Positions 1 to 12,714 of a stretch of DNA of 64,000 nt are shown here, one piece after another. The stretch is from Pseudogymnoascus verrucosus (taxonomy: Eukaryota). Each line of letters opens with the position of its first letter. The stretch's first letter is position 1. The notes beneath the pieces are model-generated. The model did no database searches and had not been told where the DNA came from. It saw nothing but the letters and a program-made list of their open reading frames with translations. Position numbers and translations under genes: made by a program. The DNA is taken from the NCBI GenBank assembly GCA_001662655.1, contig KV460249.1. One strand, given 5' to 3'.

Positions 1-140
1 TAGGCTAGGAGGATTAAGCTTTATAGCCACTATTACAAAAGTTATTAAGGTTTTAAATTAGGTCACATGACTTAGATTTTAGTGTGGTTAATGCAGTCGC
101 CGCTCTGGCCATGGCGCCGCTCTGGCCACGACCTACGTTA
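1..140. mobile_element. Terminus (TIR plus TA target site) of a Fot1/pogo-type Tc1-mariner DNA transposon, truncated by the window edge
   Basis: Ends ...CCTACGT|TA, with ACGT at 135-138 and TA at 139-140. The TIR holds a 14-bp direct repeat, CGCCGCTCTGGCCA, at 98-111 and 115-128 (17-bp period). This is the architecture of fungal Fot1/Pot2/Tan1 TIRs. The interior (1-90) is AT/TpA-rich, as expected after RIP. Confidence 0.75.
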
Positions 141-785
141 ACGCCAACTGACGTATAGCTAGTGTTCAAGATGTAAATTTAGTAATGGTAGAACATGTCA
201 AATAAAGCAAGCCTCTCATCGCGAAATCATATAATATAACCAAACAACGAGTGAAACTCGAGTAGTGACGAAGGATGAAGGTACTATAGTATGAGGGAAA
301 CTCTAACGTTCAACGTTGAGCCGAAATCTGACGCATGGTGGCTAGTCACGATCTAAAACAAGATCCAACCAAGAACAACGAGGGGTCCCCACATGCGACT
401 ACATCCTTCCTACCTAGACAACTCCATCGTCGTCGATGTAACCCGGGAGGAGTAACTCGATGTAGGATTTGAGCGTCTGTACGAACTTGGTAGTAATAAT
501 GAGAGTGATAGGGTGATGGTAATGGGGAAGGAGCGCCGTTGTGTAATCACCAGGTGCTATGTAAGACAAGTGATAAACAAGGATAGAGCAGAAGGATCAT
601 GGCGTGCATATGAGGTGGAACAAGACCATTTAAACAGTTGATCTTCCTCTCCTCTCCTTTCTCCTTTACTTCCTTCTCCGCTACCTACTTCCATCCTCTT
701 TTCTTTCCCTCTCTTTTTCTCCCTACTTGATCTAAACCTCCTACCTGTCTCCGTCCGACACGTTGATTAAGAGAAAAGCAGAGCC

Positions 786-2879
786 ATGGTCCCTCCGGAA
801 GCGAAGGGGCACGACAATTCCGTGCGAGAGCGTGACGATGCGCATCTTCAGCGAATGGGGAAGAAGCCCGTCCTTAAGGTACTTTTGATACCACTATCAC
901 CATCATTACCATAGTTTTGGGGCGAGAGGAAAACATAGGGGAGGATGAATCTATTCACTATATTTGCTGATCAGTGCCTCTCTATAGCGAAACTTTGGCA
1001 TTCTTTCCATACTCGGCTTTAGCTGCACCATCCTTGGTACCTGGGAAAGCTTGCTTGGGTAAGTCCAGACGATCGTATGCTCGAGTGTCTGATAGATTTA
1101 TATTGCTAATCGTTTCCCCCCTCATTTTTCAGTACCTTTACCGGCCCTCTTAGAAAGTTTGTATACTCCTTAGGCACCTCGCCGTTCCGTTATTATCACT
1201 ACACCTACTGATATATATTATTAGTGGTGGCTCGGGTGGCGCGATTTATGCATTCATCTTCGGCTGGGTAGGCACCTTTGCCAGTTTCATGGTTTTGGCC
1301 GAATTGGCCTCGATGTATGCTGCTCGCCCCTTAGTTGGTACAGTGCCAGAGCTGCAACTAACAGGTAAAATAGGGCACCTACTTCCGGAGGCCAGTATCA
1401 CTGGGCAGCTATGCTTGCCACGCCCAAACACATGAAGTTCATTAGTTTCATCACAGGTTGGTCTCTAGTTCGCGCCCAGAACGATGATTGTTTGAGATTA
1501 CTAAGGCTTGGGGTCCACAGGGTGGTTTACCGTCCTTGGTTGGCAGTGTGCTTTCGCCGCGGTCGCCTTTCTAACAGGGAGCATGATCCAGGGCGCGATA
1601 ATACTAGGGAACGACCTATATCATGCCATGCCATGGCATTCAATGCTGATTTGTTGGGCTTCGTTAAGTTTTGCACTGATTATCAACTTAGTCGGCGGCA
1701 AAATCCTACCCCGTGCTGGGGTGGTCCTCCTAGTCGTGCATATTGTTGGCTTCTTCGGGGTCCTCATCCCACTTGTCTACATGGCCGAACACAACACAAA
1801 GGAGCAAGTGTTCTTGTCTTTCCATAATGGAGGAGGCTTTGAGACACAGGGACTATCCTGGTTCGTCGGTATGACGACCTGTGCATTTGCCTTTGGTGGA
1901 GGTGATGCTGCCGTGCATGTAGGTAGCCAGTTGCTATTTAATCTGAGCCCCTGTCCCTCCTGTCTCTAGATGCTCTTTCCTAACGAGATTCCGAATAGAT
2001 GGCTGAAGAGATCGCGAATGCTTCCAAGGTCATCCCGCAAACCCTCATGCTCAGCATCGGGATTAATGGTTGCCTCGGATTCGGCATCTTAATCGCCACA
2101 ATGTTCTGCACTGGTCCGGATCTTGGCGGAAAGTTGGGGGGGATTACTGGTTATCCCTATATGGGCATCTTCTTAGAAGCGACCAACTCTGTATCGGGTT
2201 CGTTAGCCATGTCTGCCATCATCCTCGTTGTCTACATCGGCGCGCTCATGGGCTTGCTTGCTGCCGCCTCTCGCCAGCTCTGGTCCTTCTCTCGGGATAG
2301 GGGGGTCCCGGGATGGCGATTGTGGAGTCGAGTAAGGAATCACTCGATCACCTTGAAGTCTTCATTTATCATAAAGCTGACGCCTTGCCGCAAACAGATC
2401 TCCACCTCTAGACAGTTGCCGGTACCCGCCCTTATAGTCTCAGTGACTATAGCTTGGCTGCTGGCCATATTAGAATCGGGTCTAATGTCGCCATGGAGAA
2501 CATCGTGTCTATGGCAGTATCGGCCATCTACCTATCGTACCTCATGGTATCGGTCCTCCTCTTCGTCCGCCGCGTCCGCCGCGACATATCCCTGTACAAT
2601 GACAGCGAGGACGAAATTATCAACGTGCCAGGCGCTAAGCTTGTCTGGGGCCCATTTCGCTACCCTGGTATCCTGGGCACCATCATTAACGGCTATGCCA
2701 TAATCTACATCACTATAATCATCTTCTTCAGTTTCTGGCCGTCCACCATGGACCCGACGATCGCGACCATGAACTGGAGCATCCTGGCTATCGGGAGTGC
2801 CATATTCTTCGCCATCCTATACTACATTTTCCATGCCCGCCATGTCTACACTGGGCCTATTGTGGAAGTTTCGCTGTAG
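786..2879 (+). pseudogene. APC-family amino acid/choline/GABA permease (Hnm1/Uga4-like), multi-exon, with an apparent 1-bp frameshift near 2464 (pseudogene or sequencing error)
   Basis: The spliced reading gives MVPPEAKG..LQRMGKKPVLK/RNFGILSILGFSCTILGTWE../NGGSGGAIY..LAELASM/APTSGGQYHW..G/WFTVLGWQ..GGDAAVH/MAEEI..SRQLWSFSRDRGVP. It includes a 24-nt microexon at 1133-1156. The reading frame switches between the ORFs at 1999 and 2454 with no intron available. Confidence 0.85.
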
Positions 2880-3139
2880 AGAGGTCACCGCATGGCACGG
2901 TGGGAAGGGAAGAGTTGATGTTGTATTTTATATCACAATAGTATCTTTTCCCCTATATTCCAAGTCATGCTCATCCGACCAGCGTCATGCTAGTTAGTCG
3001 CCGCCATTGCTCGTACACATTACCCTTAACATGATCAAGTTCCCATTCTTCCTTGCGTATGATTTATTTGGTATTGTTACATTTTCTTCAATTTTTCTCA
3101 TTCTCATTCTCGATTGTTATCTGCTCCCTCTAGATATAC

Positions 3140-4060
3140 TGTAAATGTAGGCTCATTTATTTAAACACATATTTTAATATTGTCGTTGTTTATTATACAG
3201 TCAGTAAAATATAACCGAAGGCACATTCCTGTTAAAACTATTAAGAGTGTCAAACCATTAAACCATGTAAGTAAAGTATCCCCCTTTACAGTATTTTTAA
3301 CCTTTCGCTTTCTTATTTACTTACTACTTTAGCAAGTTATTCTCGCTTCATTATAACTCTATCATCCTTCGTTGCGACCTATAATTTGCTGTAACAAAGT
3401 TAGAAAACCTTAAGAGTGATCTCTACCACTCTATTATTGGTTTTAACACATCATAGCAGCGTCCACTGCTGCGGTATGGCCTTAGAAGGCCTTCTTTATA
3501 ACTATTAAGAAACATATACTTTAATTTTGCAGCAGAGGTTAAGTTGCCATTTTGCTAAAGGTAGGGAATGGTAAATTTAACGGTAACTAACAAATTGGTG
3601 GTGATCGACAAGTCGACAGTTATTAACAAATTAATAGTGGTTAACAAATTATCAGAACTATTAAACTAAGAGAAAAGTATAATGCTTAAATTGCATACTT
3701 TTTTAGGTTAGCATGAGTTAGTATATAAATTATAGCGCAAGTTGAGGGCGAATAGTAAATTATGCTAAAGAGGTATATAGTACGATCTTTAATCTTTAAG
3801 ACAAGGTAAAATAATCTGTAATAAATGTTAATAAATGTTGAACATAGTAAGTAGAACTACAAATTATAAATTGGCTTGCTCTCAACTTATGCAACAAATT
3901 AGCGTACTATCATTGAAATATAAAACTCAACCATGCAAAAGGTAGAACGACTACATTATAGTAGCTCTTAGGTTGTTGGTATAGGCTAGCATATATATAA
4001 CTTTTAACAATTGTGAAGCAACCCTTAGTTATAAAGCAACAATTATCAGGGTCCCTTAAC
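3140..4060. mobile_element. AT-rich, RIP-like degenerate repeat or transposon relic
   Basis: GC drops sharply, TA/TAA/TAG are abundant and no ORF of 60 aa or more is present. A possible Tc1-type end, TA|CAGTCAG, lies at 3196-3204, but I found no partner TIR. Confidence 0.45.
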
Positions 4061-4165
4061 AGGAAGCGGAGACAAAAGAGTGGGACGGACTGTTAAGCTA
4101 AGAACCCTTAGTGGAGTCAAAACTACGGCGCATCAACTGGAAAAAATATAGATTGGCAAAAAGAA

Positions 4166-4256
4166 GGGCCTAATCCGGGATTGAACCGGAGACCTCTTAC
4201 AATTTGAATGCTGATGAGCTCCCAAAGCAAGAATTCTACCACTGAACTATCAGGCC
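4166..4256 (-). tRNA. tRNA-Pro(TGG) with a 19-nt intron (4202-4220)
   Basis: The minus strand reads GGCCTGA TA GTTCAGTGGTAGAAT T CTTGC TT TGG G [intron] T GTAAG AGGTC TCCGG TTCAATC CCGGA TTAGGCC C. The mature length is 72 nt. A T-run Pol III terminator follows. Confidence 0.95.
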
Positions 4257-4637
4257 TTTGATATGTTGGTGCAGGGATTAGTTTAGTACAAGATAGTACT
4301 AGTTATTGCTAGGTGCAACCCTAGTCTTCTTTATAATGGCCGTTAAATTATACAGCCAGATAAACTCGACTGCTGTAATAATACCTAGCTAGCTAAGTTG
4401 ACATAAAAGATAGACGGATACTGTTGGAACCTGTGTAATTAAATTCGTCAAGCTAATCTAACTTGCAACCCAGTTGGCTAATAATACCTTCTCCATATAT
4501 TTAGCTCCTAATGATATTATTCCAACTATCGAGGTTCAATGGACACCCATCCCAAAATGTATATCACAATCCCAACTTATATTATGTTCAAGCCCTGTTC
4601 GCTTCAAATTTTATAATACACTCCTAAGTTAATTAAC

Positions 4638-7145
4638 CTAGACATTGTCATCATCTACTGGAAGCCTTTCATAGCTCCCAGCCGTATCCCCATTTCTCCC
4701 CCGTGGCCTTGTTGCCATCATCCGCCTGGGAGCCTCGTACATTGTCGTATAATTAACGACCTCACCATCTAGCATCGCCGAGCCATTCTCCCGGCTCCCA
4801 AATATCGGTGCTGGGTCGCACCAGAAATCCTTGCAGTTCTTTAGGCAACCCCTAGAGAACGGATTGCGGTTTGCCCTAGACCTATCCTTGTCCGCATTTA
4901 GAGCAGTCTCAACAAATGTATCAACACCCAGGATTTTCTTCCATTGGGCAAAGCAGCCTCCATGATCGTGGCGGTGACGATGGCCGTGCGATGATGCGGC
5001 CACTGCAGGATCAGGACCTCTGCCTTCGCTACCTAGCTGTGCTCCTCCCATTGATAAAGTCCCAGCAGCTAACGCTGTTGTAATCGCCTCAGAGGCGCCG
5101 TGCCCATGTCCATGATGAGAACCGCGCATGTTCTCATACGTCGTCATAGCTCGTGAGATTTGAATAAGTTGCACGAAGAGTAGCATTGTAACCCAGGTGA
5201 GTTGCAACGCCGCCCATACAGCAAGGACAAGGGTGTAAGGGTCGCTGTTAACGTAGCGGCATATTGATTCTGGGAGGATATTACACTCGGGGGACCCCTT
5301 CTCCGTCATGGAATCATAGTCTAAAGATGGTATTAGTCATTGTGAGGTGTCGGAATAGTCATGTGGGCCACTTACAGCCAACCGTGATAGCAATAAGAAG
5401 GCCTACACCGAGTTCCAAAAAGACAAGATAAAGGAAGAAGTGGCGATGGTTATTGACACCAACACAGTTATAAACCCAAGGGCAATGGCTTCCGCAGTTA
5501 GTAACGATTATATTTCAATGGCACCGAATCGACTCACTGATCGTGTTTTCCTACGCATCTGTTGCACCTCTTGCAATGTTTACTTCTGAGAGGCATCCGA
5601 ACCATACATTGCACACAGAAATTTTGGTCATCAAATTTCCATAAGCTCAGCAGTTCGTTGATAGTAGCCTTCTGTTCCGTAAGACCCGCCAACTTCGGCA
5701 CATATCCTGGCTCATAGAACATGGTGCAAAAATAGAAATAACCGCACAGAGAATATGCGATGGCGAAGAGGGTATTTACAACAGGATACGAGGCGTAGGT
5801 TGCTGCGACTGTTAGCACCCAGATTTTTAGACTTGAGTAAGCACGAACCAGGAAAAAGAGTTGTGACCCAGCTGATACCAACAAAAAACAGAGTACCAGC
5901 AAATATCCCCGAAAGCCACGGCTACACTGGGTTAGCTAAAGACCAGCCAAATTTCTCCTTGATATAGACTTACTGTTTTATGGATTTGTCTCATATCTGA
6001 AGGTGCATATGCCATAGCTTTTTGGGCCAATAACTGCAAACAATATCCAACAAGTAGGGCAATTGGAATTCCCGCATAAACAACCATATGGCTCATGATC
6101 ATCAGCATGGACCAGATGATCAGAAAAGGCCAGAAAAAGAAAAATTTCGCCATGGCTGATCGTTTGTTTTGGATGAAGTACGGCGGGGTCGGGAAGTCAA
6201 AGGCAGCGAGGCTACCATCTTCCTTATAACCACATTCCTTGAGTGCTTTATGCCATGCAAATGTTGTTTTCATCTCCTCTGCCATTACTGATGGAGTTTT
6301 CCCGCTGGCGGCTGCAACGAACCTATCTGAGCCATATTCAATGAGCTTTTGGATGCAGCCCACTGACCCTTTAACAAGTCCCCAATGTAATGGTGTGAAC
6401 CCCGTTTCGTCCGTGGCATGCACATCGGCGCCCCACCGAAGAAACAAGTCGACGCAAGCTGGATATCCTTTATACGCAGCCCACATCAGACATGTGTGTT
6501 GTTGTGAATCACGCACATCCACAGGGATGTTTTGGTGGAGTAGTAGAACCAGAAGGAAGATGTTTCCTTCAAAGGTTGCAAGGTGCAAGATATTATAACC
6601 TTGGACGTCAGTGAGCAATGGGTCGGCCCCATACTCCAGAAGGAGATGCACAGTATAATAATGGCACCTTTGGGCCGCCCACATGGCGGGTGTAGCGACC
6701 GACTCTCCGCCCTTCTTATTTACATCTGCTCCGGCCTCCAGGAGAAATTTACACATCGCATATTGATTGTTGATTGCCGCCCACTAGGAAATAGTTAGCC
6801 ATCAAATCGTCAAAGGGCTAACAGTTTCCGGGAAGGGTTTCCGGGAAGGCATACATGGAGCGGAGTGATACCCTCATCATCACAGTGTAATGGTGTGAAA
6901 ACGCCTGCATCATAGAGCTTCTGTACTGAGGGAATGTCTCCAAGTCTGGCCAGCTGCATTATATCTTGGCTCGCATCGAGGGCTGGCTCCGCGGCTGCGA
7001 TATTCTTCATTTCTAGATTGCCATCGTCCACACTGAGCTGCGGAGCCACCGACGACCCCTTTCCGTTCAACATCAGGGGCGACAAATTCGAAGTATTCTT
7101 CGCCCGGTCTTCGACAGTTTGTAATGGTGCGTCAGGATGAGGCAT
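4638..7145 (-). CDS. AKR1: Ankyrin-repeat DHHC palmitoyltransferase (multi-exon)
   Basis: N-terminal ankyrin repeats ([26 protein letters not shown]), transmembrane segments and the Cys-rich domain [28 protein letters not shown], with DHHC split by an intron. Confidence 0.95.
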
Positions 7146-7675
7146 TATGGTCCCTGTGGTGACATTTTAGCTTTTGGTTTCGAACAGAGGCAGGAGCAAT
7201 GGAATCACGGATAGACAGGTTGGTACTGACATCGTATATATTATAATATTCCCCGACAGGCAGATGTTTGTTGAAAAAGAAGAAATGCGACAATCCGAAG
7301 CTGAGGCAGTGCCAAGTACGAGGCTGAGCTGTATGATGGCGGAACACTGGGACGCGTCCTTTCCACACCCAATGATAGCGGCTGGGCGAAGTAAGGTTAG
7401 GGGTTCCGGCTGCATTTTGGGGCGCTGGCTCGCCGGCGAAATGATGCACCGTTCCCACAAACAGTGGGTCATCTTACTTTCGACTTGAACTGAGCCTCGT
7501 TGTCGATCAAAGGAGAGGACAGGGAGTACTCAACTGAACACGAACATTCGAACAGTGCATGGGCGCCTGAGAAATACTTTGCTCACAACCAGAATAACTT
7601 CACAAGAGACAACGAACGAAGCGTCTTCAACTTCGGCCATTGCGTCGTCTATAAGCTGGCCTTTCCCCAGTGGCC

Positions 7676-8606
7676 ATGTCCAAAATAACCCAATTAGCTG
7701 AGGCCTTGCTCAGTCCCTCCCCTCTTGGGTTTCTTTTCGCCCTTATCGTCGTTATATCTGTCCCTATACTTTTACATGCCTTCCTGAGCCGCGGCAGTAG
7801 TGTGGCTGCTCCGCCATCAATCTTACTTATTGGACCAAGCGGGTCTGGCAAGACATCACTTCAGACTCTGGTATGCTCAATACACCTGTCTCCAACTTTC
7901 CCACCACCGGCTTACAAGATAATAGTTCGAGCGAGGCAAGAGCGCCCCTACCCATACGTCGCAAACCCCACTTGTGGCGGAATGTGCCCTTCCTGTCGGA
8001 ATTACTGCTGCCTCAGCAAAGTACCGTTCTGCCAACGATCCCTCACACCGAGTACGTGAGAAGTTTCTACTCATCGACACACCAGGGCACGGGAAGCTTC
8101 ACCATTATGCATTTAGCGCCGTAGCGAATACGCAGAACCTGAAGGGCGTTATTTTCGTTGTCGATGCTGCCAATCTTCCAGCGGGTGATGAAGGCCTCAG
8201 ACAAGCCGCCGAATATCTTCACGACACGCTATTACTGTTGCAAAAGCGCTTGACAAACATCAAGTCTTCCAAAGCCCCCAAAGGAATAGAGGTCTTGATT
8301 GCTGCAAACAAGATGGATCTGTTTACTGCGCAACCTTCTGCGATTGTTAGGAGCTTATTAGAGAAAGAGATCGGAAAAGTGAGAACCTCAAAATCCAAAG
8401 GTCTTCTGGAATCCGGTATCGAAACTGCAGGCGACCTGGATGATGTGGATAGTGACGACTGGCTGGGCGAAACCGGGAGCACCCAATTTAAATTTGAGCA
8501 ACTGGAGGAGTTCAACATTTCTACCGAAGTTGCCGGTGGCTGTGCTATGGGAGAGAATGAAGCAGACGTCCAAAAATGGTGGAAGTGGGTAGGAGATCGT
8601 CTGTGA
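7676..8606 (+). CDS. SRP102: Signal recognition particle receptor beta subunit (GTPase); intron 7871-7925
   Basis: N-terminal TM helix, G1 GPSGSGKT, G2 region THTSQ, G3 DTPGH and G4 ANKMDLF. Confidence 0.93.
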
Positions 8607-9231
8607 GCACGTGTACGAGCACGACAGCGAACAAGAACAGGAAGGAATCCCCGCTACATCATATGTTTTTGAGGTTGTCCACCAATTGGATTCAGTGGGG
8701 TTGTGGCCGAGGCGGATAAGTTAGATCCAACTGCAATGCCCACTCACTTCGGCCACAGGGTCGAGCATGAACTGCCATCTCCTTGAGTGAGAGATATCGG
8801 AGGGTGCCGCACGACGTCATGGCAGCCAAATAAGGTTATGGGACATGAATATATCGTGGATTATTAAATCGATAATGCTACAATGAACGATACCATACAT
8901 ATCTGGGAATATTTATAATATAATTACATTTAATACGTGAATTCAATGATCTAGAATAAGTGATAATAACATAAGCGTCCCGTTGAAGAATATCCCACCA
9001 CGCTAAACCGTAACATTTTGTTCAGCCTTGTCATGCAATTGGTTTCCACAGCCTCGTAAGTTGGTAACCCCATCATCGCCGCCGCCTTGAAGTATTCATA
9101 TACCGCCAGCTCTTAAAGACGGGTTAACATAGAAGGCGCTTAGATGAAGAATGCCCGTCGGAAGTGAATCTCGAAGTAACTAAAACATGTGGCAACTCTA
9201 CACGAGATAGATTGGAATACGATATGCCACC

Positions 9232-12200
9232 ATGGACGTCCGGACACTGAAGAACGAGCTGTTTCAACAAGTACCACCCCATCTCTCCTCAAGCATTATA
9301 GATATGGAAGCTGACCGTCGAAGCTCAAACCGTGTTGTATTAAACTAAGTCAGCGCGCACTTAACGGTGACGGCAGTGCAGCTAGCCTGAAAGAGCTTCT
9401 GGAAACAACCTTGGAGCTCTATGGCTTGCTTGAAGCAAAATGCCGCCGCAAGGATGCCGCCTTCGATGAGAAACTCGCAGACTACATATTCTTTCCCCTT
9501 TCGCATGTTCTGCGAGCGTGCCAGAAGCGACCAGGTCGTTTGGCGGAAGCGGCTACAAAATGCGTACAGGTATTGCTCCAATATGGCTGGACAAACAATA
9601 TCGGTATCGAACTTGGGCAACAGCTCCTAATTCTGTTCACACTCTTTGCTGGCGGTGGCGCATCGTCGGATCCTATGCCAGAGGAGCTCAAGCTTGAGGC
9701 GTTTAAGGCACTTGCGCTATTATTCGACGACCTTCGTCGAACACCTAAAGGTGCAACTTCAATAGTTGAAGTATCTGTTATTCCCGCCCTTGGCCAATGT
9801 TTGTCAACGATACTGGACGGGATTACAGAAGGGCCATCTCCGGACATTCAAATCGAGGCACTTGAGGCATTAAAAGCCCTATGGATGTGCATAAAGGACC
9901 GAGATGCCCTTTCAACCTTCTTGCCAGGGACGGTCTCGGCATTAACAAAGTGCTTGATGCCAAACAATCAAAATCCGCGTTCTGTCAAGGTCCTCGTCAG
10001 CTCTTTACGCGTCCTTCAGAGCGTTCTCACCACTTCAATAGGAGATATTCACGTTAGGAGGCTACCTGATGACACCGACGTTGCTTCAGGTTCAAAGCCA
10101 ACGACAACACTGGGTAAATCATGGCTGACTGCGACTTCCGCGCAGGTAAAGCTTGCTCTTACCAATATAGTCAAGCTACGCAGTCACAAGAGTGAAGGAG
10201 TACGTCATGAGCTTGAGCGAACATGTTTAATCCTGCTGGATGAATGCAACACGTCGTTAAAAGACGCCGCAGCTTTGCTTGTGGAAACATCTATGATTGT
10301 TGCAACTCCACAAGACGAAGGCGGTAAACCGTCACAGATTACCGGCTTGAAAGATCTCTCTATTATGTACCCATCGATCGGCGAACTAATCAATGCAACA
10401 GTATATAACTGGGAAACTAGCCTTCCGCGCATTGTTCAGTCGTCCGATGATGCAGTCAAAGCATCTGCCATCCACCAGCTTTCCCAAGCCAGGACTCTTC
10501 TCGGTGCTGTTGACGCTGAGTCTAAAGTTTTGGACAACTCTATAACAGAGTCTCTTAGAGATAGTGTTATAAACATGCTTGATTCTTCGACACCTGAGGT
10601 CGCTATCGAGGTGCTTCCTGTTAGCAATGACAGGGGTGCCACTTTGCCTTTGACGGTCCAAAACACATATACTGAGAACTACCCGCCTCTTATCCTGGAA
10701 CATGAAAGCCAGGTGGAAACCCGAAATCAGCTCAATAAGCTGATTGACAATGTTGGGGCCCGGGAAGTCCAGCTTAAAATGACGAGCAAGTTACTCGAAC
10801 AAATGTTCAACGCGTCCGGAAACCCTCTCCTGGCCTCATTTTGGCTATCCTTTCAGCTGGTAAAGTCGGTGGTCTTGAAAACTGAGGATTTCGACGATTT
10901 TCTCACTTCTGATGTCACTTCGTCAGACGAGCAAGAAGTTGCAAGGGAGGAGCTCTACAATTTTGCTGTTTCTATTCTCTCGGATTCAGAGAACAGCGGC
11001 AATGACTGGAGGCTTCTTGCGGTTGGCCTTGAAGTTGTTGCATATTCCTCACAGCAAGCAGGAGAGGGGTTTAGGGCAAATCTCGTCGATACCTTATATT
11101 CCGTTGTCCAGCTACTGGGTTCTGATAACCACCACCTCAGATCCCATGCTATTACTTCGCTCAATATAATCGCCAAATCCTGCGGTTACAATCAAACGAG
11201 CGAACTCATCGTTGACAACGTCGATTATCTTGTCAACGCCGTGTCCCTGAAACTCAACACTTTTAACATATCTCCACAAGTTCCACAAGTCTTAGTTATG
11301 ATGATTCGACTAACTGGACCAACGTTATTGCCATACTTGGATGACGTGGTTGGCTCGATATTTGCAGCCTTAGACAACTTTCACGGCTATTCGAAACTGG
11401 TTGATAGCCTCTTTTCTGTACTTGGTGAAATCGTACAGGAGGGGGCAGGGTCGGGGCAGTTGCAGCTTACATCAGGGACGACAATAGACCATCAGAAACG
11501 GAAACCGGCGCCGCCGGATTTCAGCGATGTCCTCGAAATCCTTCGAAATATGAAATCCAAATCGTCTGCAATAGAAATGGAGCATGAACACTTTCCAAAG
11601 GGTCCCTGGAAGACTGCCAAAATGCTGTTAGATGAAGCAGAAGCTACAGGCGAGGAGGAAGAGGGCGAAGAACCCAAAGGGAACCAGGAGGTTAAAAAGG
11701 CCCCACCAACGAAAGTTTACACGATGGTTGAAAGCATCGCCCGCCTCTCCCAGCACTACCTTACAAGTGGCTCTCCCTACCTCCGTCTTCGACTACTCGA
11801 TCTTATCAGCACTGCAACTGGTGCGCTTCACAATGACGAAGATGCCTTTTTACCCCTGGTAAACGACATTTGGCCTGTGGTTATCAAACGCCTTTACGAC
11901 CCGGAACCATTCGTGGTAATCGGCGCTGCCAACGCCGTCAGCAAGATCTTCGAGGCATCTGGGGATTTTATGAGCACGCGGGTCCAGACCGAATGGCCTG
12001 ACCTTATTAAACTAGTCCGGCAGTGGATGAAGAAGGCAGAGGGGGAAAGGAAAGGGAAGCATGGCAGAGGCACGCATGCTTTGAGTTGGCAAGTTTGGGA
12101 TGCTATGGTGGGACTGGTCGTTGCTATTTTGAAATATGTCCGCATTAATGATGGTATGTTTGATGAGGCTTTGGGCGTTCTGTCTGGCCGTCTGGAGAGA

Positions 12201-12335
12201 GAAGATGTCAGAGAAGCCCTGGAGACTATCAATGCGGAAGCAGTGTGGCTAGTTGATCTTGCACAAGACCGTATTACAAGGAGAGAAGTTCCTGTAATGG
12301 AGGGGTACGAATTTGCCAGCTGGGAAACATTATAG
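9232..12335 (+). CDS. TTI1: TEL2-interacting protein 1 (TTT complex HEAT-repeat subunit); intron 9271-9323
   Basis: MDVRTLKNELFQQ/LKPCC splices in frame into the 974-aa ORF. Family-typical motifs include LADYIFFPLSH, FLPGTVSAL, LIVDNVDYLVN and LPYLDDVV. Confidence 0.9.
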
Positions 12336-12714
12336 ACTGTATGGCTTCAGAATAAGACGGCCTTAGCCGGCTGCTAAGAATATAACGAATTAAATCACTC
12401 TGCCTGCACAGTCACATTGATTATATATTCATAGATAGAGAATAGCTTCATTGAGGTAATCAAAAATATTAATTCGTAATCATCGGCGCAAAGGTAATGC
12501 ACCCCTAGAGCTGCTAACTTTTACAAGCGGAAAAAGAGTATTGAGTAGAGAGCAGATAATTAGACAACGGTGAAAACAAAACCCGAAGCACAAAACGGTC
12601 CAACCAAGCAAATATGTGCGACCATTTGATACGAGACAAATCCACACAGCCATCCCATTAACAAGTTAACGGTTGAGCGTGGTGGTCCTCGCCATTTGGC
12701 TTTGTAGCGATTGT

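Noticed and set aside
3196..3230. Complete Tc1/mariner element starting TA|CAGT
   Set aside because: I could find no inverted partner and no recognisable transposase remnant by eye, so it is kept only as a low-confidence relic.
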